DNA of 64,000 nt from Eledone cirrhosa (GCA_964016885.1 OZ024759.1:28954001-29018000); one strand, 5' to 3'; counted from the stretch's first letter, positions 13,434-28,425 are shown. The notes: a model not told the origin generated them from the letters alone. A program made the numbers and translations.

Positions 13434-13823
13434 GCGACAGCGTATACGCGAGTAATATATATGTTTATCTACTCTGTTCCTTCTACAAACGTAAACACAC
13501 ACACATTTCAACACACACTCACACACACACACACACATTTCAACACACACACACATTTCAACACACACACATGTCAACACACACTCACACTTATGTCTAC
13601 ACATAGACACAGATGTAAATATTTATACACGTATTTGTTTACAATATTGTTTAGGATTGAATATATACAAATATATACACACCCACATTATATATGTACA
13701 CACACATATATATATATATATGAGTATAAATATATATATATATACTCATATATATATATACTCATATATATATATGAGTATATATATATATATATATATA
13801 TGAGTATAAATATATATATATGA

Positions 13824-13864
<41 letters not shown>

Positions 13865-14071
13865 TATATATATACTCACACACACACATATCACATATAT
13901 ATACATACATATATACACACATATATACACACACATATATATACATATATATACACACGTACACACTTTACCTTCTATGCCAATTCTTATCAGGAATTCT
14001 ACATATATCTCTATTGGGACTGCTTCTACACCTTCACAATGTTTTAAATATTTGATTTCTACTCATTCTAC

Positions 14072-14126
<55 letters not shown>

Positions 14127-14242
14127 GTGTGTGTGTGTGTCTTTTGCTATATGTTATTTGCGTATATACATACACATTGCTCATACGCACGTATACATAT
14201 CTATACACACCCACACAAATATACACACACACACACAAATAT

Positions 14243-14306
<64 letters not shown>

Positions 14307-14400
14307 CCACACACACATATATACACGCTACTCAAATATTCATATATATTTAAGTTAGACATGGCCTGGGCCAATACTGGCCCAGGCCATATATTACAAT

Positions 14401-16583
14401 GTACATGTATTACAGTTTCTTAGTTAGTCGATAGGGTGTAGAATTAGCCAGTAGAAGGAAGATTTAGCTCGGGTACATGTATTACAGTTTCTTAGATAGT
14501 CGATAGGGTGTAGAATTAGCCAGTAGAAGGAAGATTTAGCTCGGGTACATGTATTACAGTTTCTTAGATAGTCGATAGGGTGTAGAATTAGCCAGTAGAA
14601 GGAAGATTTAGCTCGGGTACATGTATTACAGTTTCTTAGTTAGTTGATAGGGTGTAGAATTAGCCAGTAGAAGGAAGATTTAGCTCGGGTACATGTATTA
14701 CAGTTTCTTAGATAGTCGATAGGGTGTAGAATTAGCCAGTAGAAGGAAGATTTAGCTCGGGTACATGTATTACAGTTTCTTAGTTAGTCGATAGGGTGTA
14801 GAATTAGCCAGTAGAAGGAAGATTTAGCTCGGGTACATGTATTACAGTTTCTTAGTTAGTCGATAGGGTGTAGAATTAGCCAGTAGAAGGAAGATTTAGC
14901 TCGGGTACATGTATTACAGTTTCTTAGTTAGTCGATAGGGTGTAGAATTAGCCAGTAGAAGGAAGATTTAGCTCGGGTACATGTATTACAGTTTCTTAGT
15001 TAGTCGATAGGGTGTAGAATTAGCCAGTAGAAGGAAGATTTAGCTCGGGTACATGTATTACAGTTTCTTAGTTAGTCGATAGGGTGTAGAATTAGCCAGT
15101 AGAAGGAAGATTTAGCTCGGGTACATGTATTACAGTTTCTTAGTTAGTCCATAGGGTGTAGAATTAGCCAGTAGAAGGAAGATTTAGCTCGGGTACATGT
15201 ATTACAGTTTCTTAGTTAGTTGATAGGGTGTAGAATTAGCCAGTAGAAGGAAGATTTAGCTCGGGTACATGTATTACAGTTTCTTAGATAGTCGATAGGG
15301 TGTAGAATTAGCCAGTAGAAGGAAGATTTAGCTCGGGTACATGTATTACAGTTTCTTAGATAGTCCATAGGGTGTAGAATTAGCCAGTAGAAGGAAGATT
15401 TAGCTCGGGTACATGTATTACAGTTTCTTAGTTAGTCCATAGGGTGTAGAATTAGCCAGTATAAGGAAGATTTAGCTCGGGTACATGTATTACAGTTTCT
15501 TAGATAGTCGATAGGGTGTAGAATTAGCCAGTAGAAGGAAGATTTAGCTCGGGTACATGTATTACAGTTTCTTAGATAGTCGATAGGGTGCGGAATTAGC
15601 CAGTATAAGGAAGATTTAGCCCGGGTACATGTATTACAGTTTCTTAGATAGTCGATAGGGTGCGGAATTGGCCAGTATAAGGAAGATTTAGCCCGGGTAC
15701 ATGTATTACAGTTTCTTAGTTAGTCGATAGGGTGCGGAATTGGCCAGTATAAGGAAGATTTAGCTCGGGTACATGTATTACAGTTTCTTAGATAGTCGAT
15801 AGGGTGTAGAATTAGCCAGTATAAGGAAGATTTAGCCCGGGTACATGTATTACAGTTTCTTAGATAGTCGATAGGGTGCGGAATTGGCCAGTAGAAGGAA
15901 GATTTAGCTCGGGTACATGTATTACAGTTTCTTAGATAGTCGATAGGGTGCGGAATTGGCCAGTATAAGGAAGATTTAGCCCGGCTACATGTATTTACAG
16001 TTTCTTAGATAGTCGATAGGGTGCGGAATTGGCCAGTATAAGGAAGATTTAGCCCGGGTACATGTATTACAGTTTCTTAGATAGTCGATAGGGTGTAGAA
16101 TTGGCCAGTATAAGGAAGATTTAGCTCGGGTACATGTATTACAGTTTCTTAGATAGTCGATAGGGTGCGGAATTGGCCAGTAGAAGGAAGATTTAGCCCG
16201 GGTACATGTATTACAGTTTCTTAGTTAGTCGATAGGGTGCGGAATTAGCCAGTATAAGGAAGATTTAGCCCGGGTACATGTATTACAGTTTCTTAGATAG
16301 TCGATAGGGTGCGGAATTGGCCAGTATAAGGAAGATTTAGCCCGGGTACATGTATTACAGTTTCTTAGATAGTCGATAGGGTGCGGAATTGGCCAGTAGA
16401 AGGAAGATTTAGCCCGGGTACATGTATTACAGTTTCTTAGTTAGTCGATAGGGTGCGGAATTAGCCAGTATAAGGAAGATTTAGCTCGGGTACATGTATT
16501 ACAGTTTCTTAGATAGTCGATAGGGTGCGGAATTGGCCAGTATAAGGAAGATTTAGCCCGGGTACATGTATTACAGTTTCTTA
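14401..16583. repeat. 72-bp satellite, ~30 copies
   Basis: Unit GTACATGTATTACAGTTTCTTAGwTAGTCGATAGGGTGyrGAATTrGCCAGTAkAAGGAAGATTTAGCyCGG; 360 bp (5 units) periodicity between 14401 and 14761. Confidence 0.97.
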
Positions 16584-17472
16584 CAGTTAGGGCGTGGAAT
16601 TATTCATTCCTCGGTATTTGTTCCGGCTCACCGCGTCCCGAGTTCAAATCCTGCCGATGTTAACTTTAACTATCATATTTTAGAATTTTAGAGGTCGATA
16701 AATAAAGTTTACAATGTCCAAGTTACACTGTGTATCAGTAATCTTATTGGGGTTAGCAACAGTAAAGATATACCAGTAATACACTACAGTGGAATCATCA
16801 ACTGCACTTTTACCTTGTTGTGACTTTCAACACATAAGTTAAATAGTTGTATTCTTTCTTTTTCAAATTCTTCAACAATTTATGGTGGTGGTGGTGGTGG
16901 TGGTGGTGGTGGTGGTGGTGGTGGTGGTGGTGGTGGTGGGAGTGTTGAGTGCAGTGAGGGTGTTTGTTGAGGCGGTGTTGGTGGTGGTGTTGAGTGGTGG
17001 TGGTGGTGGTGCTGAGTGTAATGGTGGCGATGGTAATGTTACCGGTGACAGACAGACAGACAGGGAGGGAGAGGGGGAAAGAAAAAGAAAAAGGAACATG
17101 TCTAGAGAAAATGGAGAGAGAGAGAGAGAGAGAGAGAGTGAGAGAAATACACACACACAGTAATGGATGTAAACACACACATACACTCGGTAATGGTGGT
17201 ACACACAACACACAGCAATTGAGGTACAAACACTCACACACACACAGAGTAATAGAGGAACACGCACACACACACACACACACAGACTAATGGAGGAACA
17301 CACACACACACGCACATACATACACACAAATGGAGGCACGCACACACACACACAGACTAATGGAGGAACACACACATACACACACACATATACACACACT
17401 AATGGAGGAACACACACACACACACACAAACACAAAGTAATGGAAGAACACGGAGAGAGTGAGAGAGAGAGA

Positions 17473-17529
<57 letters not shown>

Positions 17530-17967
17530 GGCAAATAGCGAGAAAAAGACAGTTATAAAACAAGAGAGAGAAGGGGAGATAGGTAACCCCTTCTCTCCTT
17601 CTACCTATATATTTACCACCCTTACCAACCCACATGAGGTTACATTCCCTCTGGTCCACACAAATATTTTGTTTGCAATGTTGTTTGGAGAAGCTGCTAT
17701 GTATCTGACACGAGGTCAGATGTCACCTCTAAAAACTACCTCCTCCTCCTCCCGAGTTCATTTGACCATAAATGATTATATATATACATATATATATATA
17801 TATACACACACATATATATATACACACATATATATACACACACACATATATATACACACATATATATATATACACACATATATATATACACACATACATA
17901 CACACATACATATATATATATATACACATATACAGATATATATATACATACTCACATACACACATAT

Positions 17968-18001
<34 letters not shown>

Positions 18002-18105
18002 ATACATACACACTCACACGTGTATATATATATATATATACACACATATACATATATATATATATATACACATACACACACATTTATATACACATATACA
18101 TATAC

Positions 18106-18152
<47 letters not shown>

Positions 18153-18611
18153 CACTCACACGTGTATATACATATATATATATACACACACACATATATA
18201 TATATAAATATATATATATGTGTGTGTGTGTAATTTATTTATTTATTTTATCTATTTATTAATTACATTTTTCACTCAATTGACCGCTCCTGATCAAGTA
18301 CCCCCCTCCCACACACCTGTCATCAAATTGACTTTCCTTTCCAGCCGCCATTTTCATTTCACGTTTGTTTGCCAAAACTGAATCTCTTCGATATTGTCTT
18401 TCCTCTCTCTTCTGTCTTTCTTCTTCTTTTCTTCCCTCTCTTCTTCTTCTACTTCTATTTCTTCTATTTCTTCTTCTTCTCCTCCCCCCTCAGTCAAAGT
18501 CAGTGGCGAATTAAGTTAACGGGGGGGGGGGGGGGTAGGTCTGATGCTTCAACACACGATTTCACATCAAGAATTTTGCAAAACAAATACACACACACAC
18601 ACACAAATATA

Positions 18612-18775
18612 AACACGTTTGGCGATCGATCAGCTCAAGGTACTATATGTATATAATAAATGTTAAGACTAAAATATTTATATCGTACCCTGAGCTGATC
18701 AATCGCGAAACGCATGTCTCGCGTGAGTAATCAGAATGATGTTATATTGATATTTTGTTCCTGCTAGTTATTATC
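18612..18775 (+). mobile_element. Truncated HHR element of the same family as 34360-34491
   Basis: CTGAGCTGATCAATCGC GAAA CGCATG TC with an upstream inverted copy CGTTTGGCGATCGATCAGCTCAAGG; shared downstream ATGTTATATTGATA. Confidence 0.55.
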
Positions 18776-18833
18776 ATTATTATTGTTATTATATATATGT
18801 GTGTGTGTGTGTGCGTGAGTGTGTGTCTGTGTG

Positions 18834-18884
<51 letters not shown>

Positions 18885-19230
18885 GGGAGAGAGAGTGGGG
18901 GTGAGAGGCGGAAGAGAGGGGGGAAAGAGGGGGAGAGAGAGGGAGAGAGGGGAGAGAGGGAGAGAGAGGGAGAGGGGGAGAGGGAGAGAGGGGGAGAGAG
19001 GGGGAGAGAGAATGGTATGTAGTCGTGTACGTATGTAGGCTCAGACAGACACACACATATATATAGGAATGGGTAAGGAGTGAAATGTGGTGTGAGTGAA
19101 TGCTGTGGGTGCATACAATAGATACAATATGTTCACGGTTGATTGGTTGAATTGTCAGCAAATAAGCATTTACCTGTGTATCTCAGTGCAACTCTTTAAT
19201 CCGAACAGTTCATTGTGTCCTATGAAAGGA

Positions 19231-22200
19231 GGTTGTCACCTACTTTCCTTCACTAGCACTATCTTACAGAAGGGACAAAACCTCAGAAGGTTGTCACCTA
19301 TTTTCCTTCACTAGCACTATCTTACAGAAGGGACAAAACCTCAGAAGGTTGTCACCTACTTTCCTTCATTAGTACTATCTTACAGAAGGGACAAAACCTC
19401 AGAAGGTTGTCACCTATTTTCCTTCACTAGCACTATCTTACAGAAGGGACAAAACCTCAGAAGGTCGTCACCTACTTTCCTTCATTAGTACTATCTTTCA
19501 GAAGGGACAAAACCTCAGAAAGTTGTCACCTATTTTCCTTCACTAGCACTATCTTACAGAAGGGACAAAACCTCAGAAGGTTGTCACCTACTTTCCTTCA
19601 TTAGTACTATCTTACAGAAGGGGCAAAACCTCAAGAGATTGTCATCTACTTTCCTTCACTAGTACTATCTTTCAGAAGGGGCAAAACCTCAAGAGATTGT
19701 CACCTATTTTCCTTCACTGATACTATCTTACAGAAGGGGCAAAACCTCAAAAGATTGTCACCTATTTTCCTTCACTGATACTATCTTTCAGGAGGGACAA
19801 AACCTCAAGAGATTGTCACCTATTTTCCTTCACTGATACTATCTTACAGAAGGGGCAAAACCTCAAGAGATTGTCATCTACTTTCCTTCACTAGTACTAT
19901 CTTACAGAAGGGGCAAAACCTCAAGAGATTGTCACCTACTTTCCTTCACTAGCACTATCTTACAGAAGGGGCAAAACCTCAAGAGATTGTCACCTACTTT
20001 TCTTCACTGATACTATCTTACAGAAGGGGCAAAACCTCAAGAGATTGTCACCTACTTTCCTTCACTGATTCTATCTTACAGAAGGGGCAAAACCTCAAGA
20101 GATTGTCACCTACTTTCCTTCACTGATTCTATCTTACAGAAGGGACAAAACCTCAAGAGATTGTCACCTACTTTCCTTCACTGATTCTATCTTACAGAAG
20201 GGGCAAAACCTCAAGAGATTGTCACCTACTTTCCTTCACTAGTACTATCTTACAGAAGGGACAAAACCTCAGAAGGTTGTCACCTACTTTCCTTCATTAG
20301 TACTATCTTACAGAAGGGGCAAAACCTCAAGAGATTGTCACCTACTTTCCTTCACTAGTACTATCTTTCAGAAGGGGCAAAACCTCAAGAGATTGTCACC
20401 TATTTTCCTTCACTGATACTATCTTACAGAAGGGGCAAAACCTCAAAAGATTGTCACCTATTTTCCTTCACTGATACTATCTTTCAGGAGGGACAAAACC
20501 TCAAGAGATTGTCACCTATTTTCCTTCACTGATACTATCTTACAGAAGGGGCAAAACCTCAAGAGATTGTCATCTACTTTCCTTCACTAGTACTATCTTA
20601 CAGAAGGGGCAAAACCTCAAGAGATTGTCACCTACTTTCCTTCACTAGCACTATCTTACAGAAGGGGCAAAACCTCAAGAGATTGTCACCTACTTTTCTT
20701 CACTGATACTATCTTACAGAAGGGGCAAAACCTCAAGAGATTGTCACCTACTTTCCTTCACTGATTCTATCTTACAGAAGGGGCAAAACCTCAAGAGATT
20801 GTCACCTACTTTCCTTCACTGATTCTATCTTACAGAAGGGACAAAACCTCAAGAGATTGTCACCTACTTTCCTTCACTGATTCTATCTTACAGAAGGGGC
20901 AAAACCTCAAGAGATTGTCACCTACTTTCCTTCACTAGTACTATCTTACAGAAGGGACAAAACCTCAGAAGGTTGTCACCTACTTTCCTTCATTAGTACT
21001 ATCTTACAGAAGGGGCAAAACCTCAAGAGATTGTCACCTACTTTCCTTCACTAGTACTATCTTACAGAAGGGACAAAACCTCAGAAGGTCGTCACCTACT
21101 TTCCTTCACTAGTACTATCTTACAAAAGGGACAAAACCTCAGAAGGTCGTCACCTACTTTCCTTCACTAGTACTATCTTACAGAAGGGACAAAACCTCAG
21201 AAGGTTGTCACCTACTTTCCTTCATTAGTACTATCTTACAGAAGGGGCAAAACCTCAAGAGATTGTCACCTACTTTCCTTCACTGATTCTATCTTACAGA
21301 AGGGACAAAACCTCAGAAGGTCGTCACCTACTTTCGTTCACTAGTACTATCTTACAGAAGGGACAAAACCTCAGAAGGTCGTCACCTACTTTCCTTCACT
21401 AGTACTATCTTACAGAAGGGACAAAACCTCAGAAGGTCGTCACCTACTTTCCTTCACTAGTACTATCTTACAGAAGGGACAAAACCTCAGAAGGTCGTCA
21501 CCTACTTTCCTTCACTAGTACTATCTTACAGAAGGGACAAAACCTCAGAAGGTCGTCACCTACTTTCGTTCACTAGTACTATCTTACAGAAGGGACAAAA
21601 CCTCAGAAGGTCGTCACCTACTTTCGTTCACTAGTACTATCTTACAGAAGGGACAAAACCTCAGAAGGTCGTCACCTACTTTCCTTCACTAGTACTATCT
21701 TACAGAAGGGACAAAACCTCAGAAGGTCGTCACCTACTTTCCTTCACTAGTACTATCTTACAGAAGGGACAAAACCTCAGAAGGTCGTCACCTACTTTCC
21801 TTCACTAGTACTATCTTACAGAAGGGACAAAACCTCAGAAGGTCGTCACCTACTTTCCTTCACTAGTACTATCTTACAGAAGGGACAAAACCTCAGAAGG
21901 TCGTCACCTACTTTCCTTCACTAGTACTATCTTACAGAAGGGACAAAACCTCAGAAGGTTGTCACCTACTTTCCTTCATTAGTACTATCTTTCAGAAGGG
22001 ACAAAACCTCAAGAGATTGTCACCTACTTTTCTTCACTGATACTATCTTACAGAAGGGGCAAAACCTCAAGAGATTGTCACCTACTTTCCTTCACTGATT
22101 CTATCTTACAGAAGGGACAAAACCTCAAGAGATTGTCACCTACTTTCCTTCACTGATTCTATCTTACAGAAGGGACAAAACCTCAAGAGATTGTCACCTA

Positions 22201-22418
22201 CTTTCCTTCACTAGTACTATCTTACAGAAGGGACAAAACCTCAAGAGATTGTCACCTACTTTTCTTCACTGATACTATCTTACAGAAGGAACAAAACCTC
22301 AAGAGATTGTCACCTACTTTCCTTCACTAGTACTATCTTACAGAAGGGACAAAACCTCAAGAGATTGTCATCTACTTTCCTTCACTAGTACTATCTTACA
22401 GAAGGGGCAGAAACTCAA
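19231..22418. repeat. 58-bp satellite, ~55 copies
   Basis: Unit TTGTCACCTACTTTCCTTCACTAGTACTATCTTACAGAAGGGACAAAACCTCAGAAGG; 58 bp period (19233, 19291). Confidence 0.97.
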
Positions 22419-23664
22419 GTGGATGTTGTCTCATGGTCCTAGCGGACAGATTTGAAAAAGACGTTACCTCCCGAAGGATTACGAGGGAGATGCGTTGAGA
22501 GAGACACTGTGTCCTATGAAAGGAGGTTGTCACGTACTTTCCTTTATTGGTTCTATCTTACTGAGGGGACAAAACCTCAAGTGGATGTTGTCTCTTGGTC
22601 CCAACGGACAGACTTGAAAAAGACGTTACCTTCTGGAGGATTCCAAAGGAGACGTGCTGAAAGAAACATTGGAACTGGTGGGGCGCATTCCTTACGGGTA
22701 GCCAATTCCGTCTAAATAGCAAAGAACAGGGGAAATAGTTTCGGGGATCTGGACGCCAGATGTTTCGTGCATTGTTAAGGGTTTGTGGAAGGGTTTGTGG
22801 AAAAGCTTATACGACTCATTCCTGCGGGTAGCCAACTCCTCCGTCCCAGTAGCAATGAACAGCAGACATACATCCAACAAGAAGCTTGCCCATCTTATGG
22901 GGGTCATTCTTGCGGGTGACCAACTTACTCCGTCCCAGTGGCAATGAGTAGGGTCGTGGTCGGGGCCTAGAGCACCAGAGATTTCTTCCACTGTTATGCG
23001 TTCGACAAAAACCTATCCCACATTGTGGGGGGTTATTCTTACAGAGGGCTAACTCCGTCACGCTTGGGGCCCAATTGCCGGCCTTGTCCCTAAATTAGAA
23101 ACTATTTTTCCAGGTTTGATTTTCTTCGGCTCTTTCCGCTCGTTTCCGAACTTTTTCGGACTCCTTTTGTTGTTTTCTTTCTTTCTTTCTCTTTCTTTCT
23201 TTCTTTCTTTACCCATTTTCGTCGCCATTTTATCGTCTTTGTCTTCATTGTTTTCTTCTTTTTCTTCCTTTGCTTTTATTTCATTATTTCATTTTATTCT
23301 TTCTTAATCTTTCTCCCCCCTCCCCCCCCCCTCACCCCACCCTATTCTTTCACATGTTTGCAGGAACAACAACAATGACAACATTACACGAAGAGACATA
23401 CAAAAGTTTATGTAACCTTTGCTTTATTTACCCTTTCTATTTCTCTGTCTTCCTCTCCCCCTCCCTCCCCCCTCTCCCCCTCTCTCGTTCTTTCTCCCCC
23501 TTTCTCTCTCGTGGTTTTCTTCGTCTATTTTTTCTACCCTATTTTTTACATTTTTCTTCTTTTCTTTAATAAAAGTAACGAGAGTTGGTATTGAATACAT
23601 ATGAGATTACAGAAACTGGTAGGGTGGGGAGGGGGAGAGGAAGAGATGAGAGAGAGAGAGAGAA

Positions 23665-23700
<36 letters not shown>

Positions 23701-23722
23701 ACTGACTGACTAACTGATTGAC

Positions 23723-23757
<35 letters not shown>

Positions 23758-24004
23758 GAGATAGATAGATTTCTTTATTAGCCACAAGGGCGCACAAGAA
23801 AAGGGGACAATACAAAGACATATGGCGGGGATTTTGATAGATAGATAGATGTGTGTATAACGCTAATGTTGTTGAGTGTGTGTATATATTGGATTAGCGT
23901 GTAGATTTGGTGTATATAGATTAAGTATAGGAGAGGAATGACTTCATCACATTTATATTTCTATATAGGTATGTGTGTGTGTGTGTGTGTGTGTTTTGTG
24001 TGTG

Positions 24005-24402
24005 TGTACCTCCATTGCTGCGTTTGTGAGTTTATTTGTACCTCCATTACTGCGTTTGTGTGTGTATTTGTACCTCCATTACTGCGTTTGTGTGTATTTG
24101 TACCTCCATTGGTGTATATGTGAGTGTATTTGTACCTCCATTACTGTGTGTATGTGAGTGTATTTGTACCTCCATTACTGTGTGTGTGTATTTGCATCTC
24201 CATTACTCTGTGTGTGTGTGTGTGTGTATTTGTACCTCCATTACTGCGTTTGTGAGTGTATTTGTACCTCCATTACTGTGTGTATGTGAGTGTATTTGTA
24301 CCTCCATTACTGTGTGTGTGTATTTGCATCTCCATTACTCTGTGTGTGTGTGTGTGTGTATTTGTACCTCCATTACTGCGTTTGTGAGTGTATTTGTACC
24401 TC

Positions 24403-24467
<65 letters not shown>

Positions 24468-24545
24468 TTGCACCTCCATTACTCTGTGTGTGTGTGTGTG
24501 TATGTGTGTGTGTGTATTTGTACCTCCATTACTGAGTATTTGTAC
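24005..24545. repeat. (TG)n-interspersed minisatellite
   Basis: Recurrent TTTGTACCTCCATTACTG; related motif in inverted orientation (TAATGGAGG) at ~17160-17450. Confidence 0.8.
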
Positions 24546-24643
24546 TTATATCTCTAATACTCTATGTATGAGTGTATCATGTATAACTGAAAAAATGGCG
24601 TATCTGTAAATATGTTGACTACGTATTTACGTGTGCGTGTATA

Positions 24644-24712
<69 letters not shown>

Positions 24713-24748
24713 TTAGACACTTTTTCATACTCCTGCACACAATATATA

Positions 24749-24784
<36 letters not shown>

Positions 24785-24856
24785 TAATATATATATATAT
24801 ATAAGTAATATACACGCATATATATATGTATATATATATATAAGTAATATACACGC

Positions 24857-24891
<35 letters not shown>

Positions 24892-24923
24892 TAATATACA
24901 CGCATACCCCGCATACACATATG

Positions 24924-25017
<94 letters not shown>

Positions 25018-25157
25018 AACTTGTGTTTCAGTAAAGTAGACTCCGAAATACATCTGGTTCTAGTTTATTTCCTTGCTACCCTACTTTATATATTACACAC
25101 CATTATCATACATCACACACACATGTGTGGTGTGTACATATGTGATGTATGTATGTG

Positions 25158-25193
<36 letters not shown>

Positions 25194-25394
25194 GTGTATA
25201 TTTAAATATAGGCCTACAAACACTGGCTCATATGCACACTCGCCTCTATCTTCTTACACCAACTATCCTTTCACGCATACTTCTGACGATGCATATATAT
25301 ATATATACATACATACATACAAACATATATGTACACACACACACACATATATATATACATCATCATCATCATCATCATAATCATCATCATCACC

Positions 25395-25700
25395 GTTTTA
25401 CGTCCGTTCTTCCACGCTAGCATGGGTTAGACGGGTTGTCCTGTTGTGGGCAGTGTCCGGTCGGCTGACCTTGTCTTGCTCATACAGGAACTGATTCTGG
25501 CTTGATTTCTACAGCTGGATGCCCTTCCTAACACCAACCTCATTTACAGTGAGTGGTGGGTGCTTTTTTGCCGTGGCGCCTACACGTCCACTTTACAGTG
25601 AATGCTGGGTACTTTTTTTCTGTGGCGCCTACACGTCCACTTTACAGTGTGGGCTGGGTGCTTTTTTGCCGTGGCACCTCCACGACCACTTTACAGTGGG
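25395..25700 (-). mobile_element. SINE-like 3' fragment with (ATG)n tail
   Basis: CTACAGCTGGATGCCCTTCCTAACACC and TTTACGTCCG..(CAT)n; a plus-strand copy lies at ~42880-43122 (GGAAGGGCATCCAGCCGTAG...GGACGTTAAACGATGATG). Confidence 0.6.
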
Positions 25701-25770
25701 AGGGTGTGGAGGGCATAATGTCTATATGCTTCAGCTTCGGCTTGTACCCCTTCCTTGTGTAAGATACTTT

Positions 25771-25882
<112 letters not shown>

Positions 25883-26119
25883 CCCTTCATTGTATAAGAC
25901 ACTGAAACCAACATCCGGTGAATACTTTAACGTACCACTGCTTGTGTAGTTCGAAATCTAATTTTAGGCAGTAGATTTATACTTTGCTTTGACACGGTGG
26001 TAAAAAGGTGTTTTAAAAGACTTAAAACACTCATAAAATGTTTAAAATAGTGATTACATTACAAATACTTCTCAGAGTCGGAGAATATCAACTACTGAGT
26101 CATGGCACCTGCTTCAAAT

Positions 26120-26693
26120 GTCCTAAATCTAATTTGTACACACCTAAATCTAATTTGTACACACCTAAATCTTAATTTGTACAGTCCTAAATCTTAATTT
26201 GTACAGTCCTAAATCTTAATTTGTACAGTCCTAAATCTAATTTGTACACTCCTAAATCTTAATTTGTACACTCCTAAATCTAATTTGTACAGTACTAAAT
26301 CTAACTTGTACAATCCTAAATATAATTTGTACACTCCTAAATATGTACAGTCCTAAATATAATTTGTACAGGCCAAAATATGATTTGTACAGTACTAAAT
26401 ATAATTTGTACAGTCCTAAATATAATTTGTACAGTCCAAAATATGATTTGTACACTACTAAATATAATTTGTACAGTCCTAAATATAATTTGTACAGGCC
26501 AAAATATGATTTGTACAGTACTAAATATAATTTGTACAGTCCTAAATATAGTTTGTACAGTCCTAAATTTAATTTGTACAGTACTAAATATAATTTGTAC
26601 AGTCCTAAATATAATTTGTACAGTCCTAAATATAATTTGTACAGTCCAAAATATGATTTGTACACTACTAAATATAATTTGTACAGTCCTAAA
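26120..26693. repeat. 21-bp minisatellite
   Basis: TTTGTACAGTCCTAAATATAA repeated ~27 times. Confidence 0.93.
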
Positions 26694-27529
26694 TGTGTTC
26701 ATTTGTGTGTGTGTTATATGTGTGTAGTGTAGGTGTGTGTTGTGTGTGTTCTATGTGTGTCTAGTGCGGGTGTGTAGTACGTATGTGTACGTGTGTAGTA
26801 CATGTGTTGTATGTGTATGCAGTACGTGTGTATAGGCGTATGTGTAGTACGTGTGTGTATAGGCGTGTGTTTGTATAGTACAAATGTGTATATCTGTGTG
26901 TAGTAGTGTGTAGTAGGTGTGTGTGTAAGTGTGTAGTAGGTGTGTAGTAGGTGTATAGTAGGTGTGTAGTAGGTGTGTGTGTAGGTGAAAGAAAAATGCA
27001 AAAATTATGGGATATTAGTTATGATAAATAGCGAAATAATTATGTTAAGGTGAATTATGGAATTATGAAGAGTGGTAGTTCCTGAGGTGGCGGGGGGGGG
27101 GTAGCGGGGGGAGGTATGGGGTGGCGGGGACGGGGGGAGGTATGGGGGTGGAGGGAGGGATTTGAAAGGATTTGTGGAAACAAAGTGTTCATGCGATAAA
27201 TATTTTTGGATGTTTGTGTATGTGTAAATATATATATGTGTGTGTGTAAATATATATGTGTGTGTGTAAATATATATGCGTGTGTGTGTGTGTATAATTT
27301 TTATATGTATATTATATATATGTACATGTGTATATATACTGCATGTATATATTTATATATATATATATGTGTGTGTGTATATATAGTATATATATATATA
27401 TTTATATATATATTTATGTATATATTTATATATATATGTATATATTTATATATATTTATATATATTTATATATATTTATGTATATATTTATATATATATA
27501 TATATGTCTGTGTATATATTGTGTATATA

Positions 27530-27560
<31 letters not shown>

Positions 27561-28199
27561 TTGTGTGTGTGTATAATTTTTATATGTATACTATATATAG
27601 GTATGCGTATGTGTTTATATATAGTGTATGTATATATATATATATATGTGTGTGTATATAGTGTATAGATATACATATATATATATATTTGTGTGTATGT
27701 ATGTGTGTGTGTGTTATAAGATGGATGGAATATAGTACACACCAAACACGTCGGTCTTCAGATACCAAAGATTGTTTAGGAAATGAGGTTAGTAGAGATA
27801 TATATACAGGAATCAAGATGGCTGACTAATAACAACACCTGCTTTCTCTCCTCTCTATCCTAACATCCTCCACCGCCCCACTCTATTTTCTTCATACTCC
27901 CATCTATCTTCCTTTTTCTTCTCTCTTTTACAAACATTCGAGGGTTTTTTTTCCCTCCCTTCTATGAGCCGATGAAAAACTAACATCCGAAACGTTAACA
28001 CTCTTTTCCAACTGTAACGTAACACCCAGGGAGATTCAGTACGACATACTGTGTGACAAGGTCGGCTTTTCAATTATAGGTACATCATTTGTTCATTCAA
28101 TGAGAGTATCGTGGTCCACTTATGAACTTTTCAGCCTACCCTCGTATGTCTGTGTATCTGTTTCTCAATGTTTATTTGTGTCTGTATGTATGTATGTAT

Positions 28200-28425
28200 G
28201 CACAGGCATTGCTTTATATCTGGAGATCTCTCTGCACTTGTCGTCACATGGTACCATGGGCCCAGCACTATGTGTCAATAATTGTCACAGGTGTAGTGTT
28301 TGTACCAGAGTCTTCAAGTCGCTGGCTGGACTAAAAAGTCACACTCGTTCAGCGCATCGGTAAGGGTTCTCCTACATGGATATAAAGTAGTGGCCGTACT
28401 CGAAAACGAGTTGGCAGCCGCCATG
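28200..28425 (+). pseudogene. LINE 3' end (RTE-like) with C2H2 zinc finger and (TGTA)n tail
   Basis: CSVCTRVFKSLAGLKSHTRSAHR* then a short 3'UTR ending GGCAGCCGCCA-(TGTA)n; second copy on the minus strand at ~39958-40182. Confidence 0.7.

Noticed and set aside
14401-22418. Regular arrays resembling CRISPR
   Set aside because: Whole units repeat with no unique spacers, there are no cas genes, and the context is eukaryotic
19231-22418. Possible hammerhead in the 58-bp unit (minus strand CTGTAAGA...GAAGGAAA)
   Set aside because: Core does not fit CUGANGA, and no stem I or III pairing was found
26252-26732. Heptad-repeat ORFs (LYSPKYN)n
   Set aside because: Translations of the 21-bp minisatellite, open on both strands
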